The notes under the pieces were generated by a model. The model was not told the origin of the DNA, did no database searches, and saw only the letters and a program-made list of their open reading frames with translations. Shown in pieces: positions 34,820 to 42,683 of a stretch of 42,683 nt of DNA (position 1 is the first letter of the stretch; each line of letters starts with the position of its first letter). Location of the stretch: positions 1 to 42,683 of the forward strand of contig NW_021835183.1 in the NCBI RefSeq assembly GCF_006345805.1. The letters run 5' to 3'. This DNA is from Octopus sinensis. Lineage: Eukaryota. The position numbers and the translations under genes are program-made.

Positions 34820-35669
34820 TATACACATACAAACATCTATGTATATGTATGTATATGCATATATGTTTTTTTTATATAAAAGCAGATAGAATGAAGTGAC
34901 CTAGTTCTTTTATTACATCAATTTACAATTGTTTCATCAAGTTTCCATCACATGAACATTGTTATATCATGCAATAACAAAGCACCTATTGAGTCATGAG
35001 GTGGTATGAATAAAATTATCCGTATGTGTCTATGGGGGGGTGATATGTGTGTGTGTTTGTGTGTGTGTGTGAGTATTAATGTTTGTTTTTAAGTTCAGTT
35101 GTATCATAAACAATTTTACATCAATCTGGTGCGTTACTCTACGCATTTTTAGAGCACAAATTTATAATTCCTAAATAAAAATATTGACGACAGTGACTTC
35201 GAAGTCTCGGCCAAGTAAACCATCGTCCGACGATGACTGCGAAGTCACTGTCATCAATGTTCTTGTTTAACGATAATAAGTAAATACATATGTATGTATA
35301 TAGATGTGTGTGCGTTTGTATGTATGTGCACGTGTGTGTGTGTGTGTATGCGTGTATGTGTGAGTGTGAGTGTGTGTGTGTGTGTGTTTCCTTACCCGTT
35401 CAAATATCCACCTTTGCCATCGTCACCAGTAATGCTATAGTCGACATCAGCGTCATCAGCAACACTATCATCAACATCACTATCACCATCATCATCTTCT
35501 TCATCACTAACATTGTCACCATCAACATCATCATCATCATCGTAGTCGTCGACGTCGTTCTCATTATCATAATTATAGAACTATTAATAATGATAATGAA
35601 AATACGAAGCCTTTCTACTAAAGGCACAAGGCCTGAAGCAGTCAATTATATCAAGCACATTGTATGACT

Positions 35670-35800
35670 GGTACTTATATATGAGGCCCCGGAAAGATGG
35701 AGCACAAGGTCGATTTCGGCGGCTTTTGAACTCGGGACCCAGACTGACAAAGTGACACTAAGCATTTTGTCCCTGCAAAGCTAACGGTTCTAGTTTGCAC
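35670..35800 (-). mobile_element. Degenerate SINE family F
   Basis: ctggtactt...gaaagatggagcacaaggtcgatttcggcggcttttgaactc...ctaagcatttt. Confidence 0.6.
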
Positions 35801-36049
35801 TAAGAATAAGGACAAGTTAAAATTACTACCTGCTTTTAAAGCAAATTGATGCAGGTAGTTGATCCCGTGCCCCTCCGACTTTTAGTACATGCAATTGAAA
35901 AAAACCGCATTATTTATGGGCTGATCCAATATATATATATAGAGAGAGAGGTAGAGAGAAATAGACACACATGTAAATATGTATGCATATGCATATATAT
36001 ATATATATGTGTGTGTATATGTTTGCATATATGTATATATATATATATC

Positions 36050-36170
36050 ACCGTGATCACCGTGACCGACCAGGCTATCAGATGTTGCTACACATCGCTG
36101 GTCACAATACGCTTCGCATTGTTTTAGCCTTCAAATGACGCCACCTCGCAGGCTATGCGAGCAAGCCAAC
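36050..36170. mobile_element. Probable SINE tail fragment
   Basis: High-complexity block (gaccaggctatcagatgttgctacacatcgctggtcaca...gcgagcaagccaac) between microsatellites. The style resembles octopus SINE tails; single copy here, so it cannot be confirmed internally. Confidence 0.35.
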
Positions 36171-36225
<55 letters not shown>

Positions 36226-36960
36226 TGTATATATATATGTATGTATGTATGTATATATATGTAATGTATGTATGTATGTGTGCATGAATATAAGTATGTA
36301 TGTATGTATGTATATATGTATGCATGTATGTATATATGTATGTACGTATGTATATATGTATGTATGTACGTATGTATATGTATGTATGTACGTACTGTGT
36401 TTCAAAGGAATATTTATCATGACTAAAGCCTTTTGATGTCGTTAGCGATGGTTTGTTGTTGTTGTTGTGTTTGTTTTGTTGTCACCCTTGTTATTGTATT
36501 CCTGTGCATATATACGACAGATGTCGATGTTATTATATACCAATTAGCTGTTATACGCAGCCTCTCTTCATATATTTTATCGACGTCGGCGATACCCTAG
36601 GGAACGGCATCCACACCACAGCGGCACGCTTTTCTCCCATCCTCATCAAAACATCATATTTATAAACCTGACACCTACCTATGTGAGAAAACCAACACCC
36701 GTCGTCGTCGTCGTCGTCATCATCATCATCACATCATCATCATCATCATCATCATCATTATCATCATCATGGTCGTCGTCGTCGTCGTCATTCGCCTTTG
36801 CCGCCATTAGTATCATGATCGACTTCATCTTCATCGTTATCTTCGTCGACGTCACATTGATCGCCATCATCCCCATCATCTTTCATCATCATCATCATTA
36901 TCATCACCATTATAATTACTGTCGTCACCTTCACGCTAGCCTGACTCTTATATATATATC

Positions 36961-37014
<54 letters not shown>

Positions 37015-37594
37015 ATATGTGTGTGTGTGTGTGTGTGTTTATATATATATATATATTTGGATACACACACTTTACCTGTCGATATGTATGTATACGCACA
37101 CCCACACACACATATATAAGCATATACATACGTATATTCATATATATATCATTTTTACATATATATATATGTATGTGAGTATGTATATGTATGCATATAT
37201 GTATATATATTTATATATGCATACATATATATAGATATACATATATGCATACATATATATACTTATATGTATACATATATATATACATATATATATATAT
37301 ACACATATATATATATATATACACATATATATACATATATATACACACATATATATATACATATATATACACACATATATATATATACATATATATACAC
37401 ATATATATATATATATACACATATATACATGCATATATATATATATATACACTCATATACACACACATATATACACACATATATGCATACACACATATAT
37501 ACAAATGCATATATATATATGTGAGCGTTCTGCGTTTGTTTTTCTCTAATCTATCTCAATTTAATATATGGATTTATTTCAAATTCTAATCCAG

Positions 37595-37716
37595 GATTAA
37601 CACGGATCCAAAGAATCCACGCTGGGTAGGTGCCTGGTGGGTTGGCTATTTAGGTGGCGGCCTTATTGCCATAATAATGGGCCCCTTCTTGCTACTCTAC
37701 CCAAAGAAACTACCCG
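37595..37716 (+). CDS. SLCO: OATP/SLCO internal coding exon 4 (family signature and TM6)
   Basis: Not in the ORF track. Acceptor tccag|G at 37593-37594, donor G|gtaagc at 37717. 122 nt, phase 2-1. Translates (R)INTDPKNPRWVGAWWVGYLGGGLIAIIMGPFLLLYPKKLP(G), containing the OATP signature RW(I/V)GAWWxG. Confidence 0.96.
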
Positions 37717-37908
37717 GTAAGCGTATATCATTTGAATTTTGATTTTTTTTATATTTTTGTTGTTTTTTTTTATAATTAATTATTTTTTGTTTTATTTTTA
37801 TGCATTTAAAAAAAATATTTTTGTTTTGTTTTTCATCTTTATTTTTCATTTTTTTTAATTTTTAGTTTTTTTTTCGAAAAAATAAATTAAAACTAAAATA
37901 GAAATTTC

Positions 37909-37944
<36 letters not shown>

Positions 37945-38249
37945 CATTAGTAGTAGTGGTGTTGATGATGATGATGATGATAACAGCGATGATGGGGTGG
38001 GGTGGTTTTGCTCCACATCATGGTGATGGTGGTTGTCATGGTGGTTACGACAGTGTCGATGGTGGTGGTCATGGTGATAGCAATCTCGGAGTTGATGACG
38101 ATGATGATGGTGGTGGTGGTATTGGTGCTGCTGATAGTGATGAAGAAGATGACGATGCTGGTGGTGGTTGGTGGTGGTGGTGGTGGTGATGATGATTATG
38201 ATGATTATGGTGCTTGTGTATATGTGTGTGTGTATGTGTGTGTGTGTAT

Positions 38250-38395
38250 GCAAGCATCTTGCAGCTCACGTGCGACGGACCGGCGTCCCGTCCAGGTGGG
38301 GAACCTATACGCCAAGGAAACCGAGAAACCGGCCCTTATTAGCCAGGCATGGCTTGAGAAGGAACAAACAACAACAACAACAAAACAACAACAAA
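38250..38395 (+). mobile_element. SINE family E 3' part with (CAA)n tail
   Basis: gcatcttgcagctcac-tgcgacggaccggcgtcccgtccaggtggg...gcatggcttgagaaggaacaaacaacaac is the reverse complement of 20565-20680. Confidence 0.85.
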
Positions 38396-38569
38396 TTGCT
38401 TGTATGTCTCTATGTGTGGTGTGTGTAAGCGTGGCTGTATTTACATATAAAGTATACAAAATATTATATAAACATAAGCACAAACATACATAGCAGTTCG
38501 TGCCAGACACAATTCTATGTTTCGATTGCTGACTCACTCTCTTCAGTAGAGAGAAAATTATGCCTATAT

Positions 38570-38805
38570 GCCTATTTCTTTACTACCCACAAGGGGCTAA
38601 ACACAGAGGGGACAAACAAGGAGAGACAAACGGATTAAGTCGACTACATCGACCCCAGTGCGTAACTGGTACTTCATTTATCGACCCCGAAAGGATGAAA
38701 GGCAAAGTCAACCTCGGCGGAATTTGAACTCAGAACGTAACGGCAGACGAAATACGGCTACGCATTTCGCCCGGCGTGCTAACGTTTCTGCCAGCTCGCC
38801 GCCTA
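38570..38805 (-). mobile_element. Single family F SINE of the 184-bp-array subtype
   Basis: One unit of the 25634-26951 array type plus a complete head (gcatttcgcccggcgtgctaacg...gctcgccgcct). Confidence 0.9.
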
Positions 38806-39039
38806 GTTATGCCTATATGCCAGTTTTTTAAATACTGCTTTGCTGTATTCCATGTTATTAGTGATGAGGTAAGAAAGCTGTTATTGTATTAATTTATGTT
38901 GCCGTCTGGCGATTGATTGTTGCGCACAACGGATATGGAATCAGCTAAACGCACAGAAAGGTATGTATAATGTATTAATCTGCATAGAAATGGCTTTGTC
39001 AGTTTAAACATTAGGAGCTGTGTGTGTACGGGGTGGGGG

Positions 39040-39245
39040 TGACTTGTCTTGACTTGACAGCATTCACCCGGGGTGGGTTGAGCTGGCTTCATTCATCCTC
39101 AATGCTGCATCTCTCACAAACGCCGACCAGACCTGGCGATTTGAGGCTAACGACCGCGTGATCTCCAACCACTCCCTATTCCAGTGGCGAACGCCGTAGA
39201 TATGGGGGCCTAGGTTGGGTTCCAGATCAGCCTTGACTGTCATCA

Positions 39246-39249
<4 letters not shown>
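39040..39249 (-). mobile_element. 3' end of a second RTE-clade LINE family
   Basis: Minus strand: WLMTVKADLEPNLGPHIYGVRHWNREWLEITRSLASNRQVWSAFVRDAALRMNEASSTHPG*, followed by a short (CAAGT)-like tail. Confidence 0.65.
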
Positions 39250-39287
<38 letters not shown>

Positions 39288-39329
39288 TATGTATCTTGAC
39301 TGCCAAATCCACAAGTTTTTATTTAATTC

Positions 39330-39480
39330 TCTCTCTGTTTATTTTCTTTTATTCGTTTCTGTTGAAGAGCGTAGGCTCGAAACGTAAAAGATTTTTCACT
39401 TTCCCGAGCGTCAAACTAATACACCTGCGTGTTGTTCATAAAATAGTCTTCATCTTTTGTTGTTTTTTCTTTTGGAAATT
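39330..39480 (+). mobile_element. Penelope-type repeat family H with hammerhead-like core (39355-39390)
   Basis: gttt-CTGTTGA-a-gagc(gtag)gctc-GAAAC-GTA-aaag. Confidence 0.6.
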
Positions 39481-39645
39481 TCAACTACGCGCGTGCGCAC
39501 ACACGCACACACACACATATAGATATATATATTTATGATTGTTTATAATATTCACCTTAAAAGGTATTTTAATATGCTGGCCACTTGATGAAATTTTGGG
39601 GGGGAAATTTTATCCTATATTAGAAGTAAATTTATATATATATAT

Positions 39646-39688
<43 letters not shown>

Positions 39689-39890
39689 GAACCTGTATAG
39701 ATACATATATCACACATGCATTTATTTATATTATTATATATTATAAACCTGTATAGATACATACATACACACATGCATTTATTTATATATATATATTGAT
39801 AGATAGATATAGATATAGATATTAATCTCTATAGACAGATAGATGCATACATACATATATGTATGTGTAAAAGGTCATAGGTCTCAAGAC

Positions 39891-39939
<49 letters not shown>

Positions 39940-40221
39940 TATAGCAATTCTGATATAGGGGAAAAAAATCATTAAATCAATCATTCCTATCAATGTTGCG
40001 GCAAAGATATATTTAGCAAGCGACTTGGAAAATGTCAATGTCCTTAAAAGACATTCTGGAAAGTTAGACAAAGGCGAGAAGTAATCTAGCGTAGCATAAT
40101 CATCCATCTTATCATTTCTTATGTAGAGCGTTGCCGTCCATAGTACAAAGTCTCTCTTTCAAATTAGATTTATGTGGAGATTGGTACTTGAGAGAGGTGA
40201 TGGAGGTGATCCAAACGAGAC

Positions 40222-40325
<104 letters not shown>

Positions 40326-40494
40326 TATGAGTCTTTAACGAGTTTCAGCACTGAAGTTGAGGCCATGCTGGTTCACCCGTAAGCCTAACCCTAAAACAGA
40401 TTGAAATGCAATAGATCGATACTAAGGTCATAATTATGGGTGACAATTTCATATGACACCGCTAGAAAAAACAGCTGTTCAAACCGAAAAGAAC

Positions 40495-40527
<33 letters not shown>

Positions 40528-40562
40528 CTCTAAGTATACCTACATACATGCATACATACATA

Positions 40563-40670
40563 CGAGGGGGTACTGAAAAGTTCCTGGTTTGGGGTAAAAG
40601 AAAAATACAGGAGAGTCAGTCAATTATGATTTTATTTTCTATATTTCCCTCTCAGGGTCACTTATTTTCA
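40563..40670 (+). mobile_element. Mariner-like element 5' terminus (truncated)
   Basis: TA|CGAGGGGGTACTGAAAAGTTCC is a mariner-type TIR start. No partner TIR found. Confidence 0.6.
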
Positions 40671-40810
40671 GAAAAACAAAAGACGAAGACAGGCGCATAA
40701 ACAACAAGCAGGAGTATTAGTTTGACGCTCGGGAAAGTGAGAAAGTCTTTTTACATTTCGAGCCTATGCTCTTCAACAGAAAGGAACACGAGGAAATAAA
40801 CAGAGAGAAT
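40660..40810 (-). mobile_element. Penelope-type repeat family H with hammerhead-like core (40747-40783)
   Basis: Reverse complement: cttt-CTGTTGA-a-gagc(atag)gctc-GAAAT-GTA-aaaag. Confidence 0.6.
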
Positions 40811-40837
40811 TAAAAAGCTTGTGGATTTAGCGATCGA

Positions 40838-40841
40838 TCAT

Positions 40842-40881
<40 letters not shown>

Positions 40882-41255
40882 ACGGCAGTTTGTCTGTGCG
40901 GTGTCTGTGTGGTTTGTCAGGTTGTAACCCTCACCCTGACCACGGCTTTCACCGATTCTGATGAAACTTCTCACCACATAGCCCAATGTCATAATTCAAA
41001 ACTAAACGCAGCGAAAATTTTTGAAAAGTTCCCCCAGTTCTGAAAAATCGATAAATTCGACATGGGGTCGAGAATAAAAAAAAAACAACCACAGACTGTT
41101 TTGGGGACGCAACTCAACACCTTTTTTTACTCTCAAAAAAAAATTTTTTTTCATTTTTTTTCCCATTTTTTTGCTATTTGGTTTTGTTAAACTCTCTAAA
41201 ATGCTTTATAGGTTATTTCCCTTACAACCTGAGCAACGCCGGGCGATACTGCTAG
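40838..41255 (+). mobile_element. Non-autonomous Helitron-like element, second copy
   Basis: Reverse complement homolog of 23157-23537; ends cctgagcaacgccgggcgatactgCTAG|T at 41255. The 5' end is approximate because of an (AT)n expansion. Confidence 0.75.
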
Positions 41256-41264
41256 TATATATAT

Positions 41265-41438
41265 ATATACGACGGGCTTCGTTCAGTTTCCGTCTACCAA
41301 ATCCAAATCCACTCATAAGGCTTTAGTCGGTCCGAGGCTATAGTCGAAGACACTTGACCAAGGTGCCACGCAGTGGGACTGAACCCGGAACTATGAGGTT
41401 GGAAAGCAAGCTTCTTACCACACAGCCACGCCTGCGCC
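41265..41438 (-). mobile_element. SINE family A, 5' half
   Basis: cgacgggcttc...ccaaggtgccacgcagtgggactgaacccgg...ccacacagccacgcctgcgcc. Confidence 0.88.
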
Positions 41439-41478
41439 TATATGCGTGTGTGTGTGTGTGTGTGTGTGCGTGTGCGTG

Positions 41479-41509
<31 letters not shown>

Positions 41510-42683
41510 TTGTGTATATATGTATGTATCTATATATATATATGTGTGTATGTATATATATATATATATATATATAAGACTACAATATCTGAAGTTATCA
41601 TTGTTATTTAATTAAAACTAGATTGTGATTTGTGAGAGGTCCCTTTTGACTGCTACTTTTAGCATGCGAATCAATCCCGCAGGTGATCCTCCGTATTGCT
41701 TGCTGTGTTTCTTGATTTTGTTGTGGCTGTTGTTGTTATTGTCGCTGCTGTTTAGCCCCAGGACAGGTCAGTTCCAGTGCTCTATGGTTGTACGTAATTG
41801 CGTCTCGATCGCTGAGGAAAAATGTTAATATGTTTAATATAAGTTCTGTCTGGGATTGAAACTGTGACCATGTTATTCTCACTTTTCTGCTCGAACGTAC
41901 CCGGAGAACGAGGTGCTTATATTTATGTATTATTTGTTTTCGTTTCTTTGGATCGCTGCTTGAAGGTGTTGAGATGTTGGTACAATCTGCTCTTAAATCT
42001 GTTTTCAGTCAAGCGTACGATGTACACACGCCTACCTACACTCTTACATAGCTGTACAGCCACGCACGCACACCTCGTACGTACGCTCAGAGGAAAGATT
42101 CACATATAAATATATACGCATATTTGTGTGTGCGCGCGTTTATAAATATTTACATGAAAAAAAACTACGTCTATTGCACACAAAAACACATACAAAAAGA
42201 TACGGATAAATGTGTGTGTGTGTGTGTGTGTGTGCTGGCGTACATTTCTGTATGCGTGTAGGTATGGATGTATGAATTAAGGCGGGGTTGTATGAGCACA
42301 GGTTTGCAATAGGAAGAGAAGAGGAAAAGGAAGTAACGCGGGAAAGCAAAGAAGGTGAGAAATATAGTTAAAACAGAGTGGGGGTAGTACGTATGTCTGT
42401 GTAGGTCTGTATGTATGCATGTGTATGTTTGTGTGTATGTATTTGTGTTTATATGTATGTATGTGTGTGTATGTATGTATGTGTGTGTATGTATGTATGT
42501 ATGTGTGTGTAGGTTTGTATGTATGTACGTTTGTGTGTATGTATGTATGTATGTATGTATGTATGTGTATGCGTGTAGGTCTATATGTATGTGTAGCTAT
42601 GTATTATGTGTGTGTATGTATGTGTAGCTATGTATGTATGTTTGTAGGTCTGTATGCATGTGTGCGTATGTATGTTTGTGTGT

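Noticed and set aside
38860-38966. Two strong donor-like sites (GAG|gtaaga and AAG|gtatgt)
   Set aside because: No suitable acceptor, and no frame resembling OATP upstream of them.
39683-39790. ~58-bp tandem duplication (t-aacctgtatagatacata…catgcatttatttatat)
   Set aside because: Ordinary slippage within AT-rich microsatellite; no further structure.
40017-40080. Candidate exon ASDLENVNVLKRHSGKLDKGE(K)
   Set aside because: The phase fits, but the acceptor lacks a pyrimidine tract, the donor is weak and there is no recognisable homology. Only RNA-seq could rescue it.
41683-41766. Candidate next OATP exon (cag|GT...ACAG|gtcagt, 84 nt, phase 1-1)
   Set aside because: It encodes a Leu-rich stretch derived from (TTG)n. 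The segment after TM6 should be a hydrophilic cytoplasmic loop, and there is no OATP similarity.

Overview
Eukaryotic, AT-rich, extremely microsatellite- and SINE-dense DNA. The repeat families (tRNA-headed CORE-like and Deu/Nin-like SINEs, (AT)n/(TACA)n/(GGT)n tracts) point to a coleoid cephalopod, most likely Octopus; this is an inference. The only host gene I can support is an internal four-exon part of a + strand organic anion transporting polypeptide (OATP/SLCO, closest in appearance to SLCO4-type). Its exons are 14525-14812, 27033-27203, 33266-33368 and 37595-37716, all with AG/GT boundaries and phases that join into one 228-codon frame containing the RWVGAWW signature. The N-terminal and C-terminal exons were not found here. 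Everything else is intron: several SINE families, 3' fragments of a Tx1/L1-like LINE and of RTE LINEs (one BovB-like), Tc1/mariner, pogo-like and hAT non-autonomous elements, two Helitron-like elements, and Penelope-type repeats with minimal hammerhead-ribozyme-like cores. Nearly all listed ORFs are microsatellite artefacts. The most interesting signals are (i) hammerhead-like motifs, one canonical and sense to the pre-mRNA, plus a family with a consistent non-canonical core, (ii) several long inverted repeats able to form dsRNA in the pre-mRNA, including inverted 184-bp SINE-derived arrays just upstream of an exon, (iii) a SINE that appears to share its 3' tail with a Tx1-like LINE, (iv) an exon whose first bases rebuild a 5' splice site, and (v) a pre-miRNA-sized hairpin. 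No prokaryote-type system (CRISPR, operon) is present.
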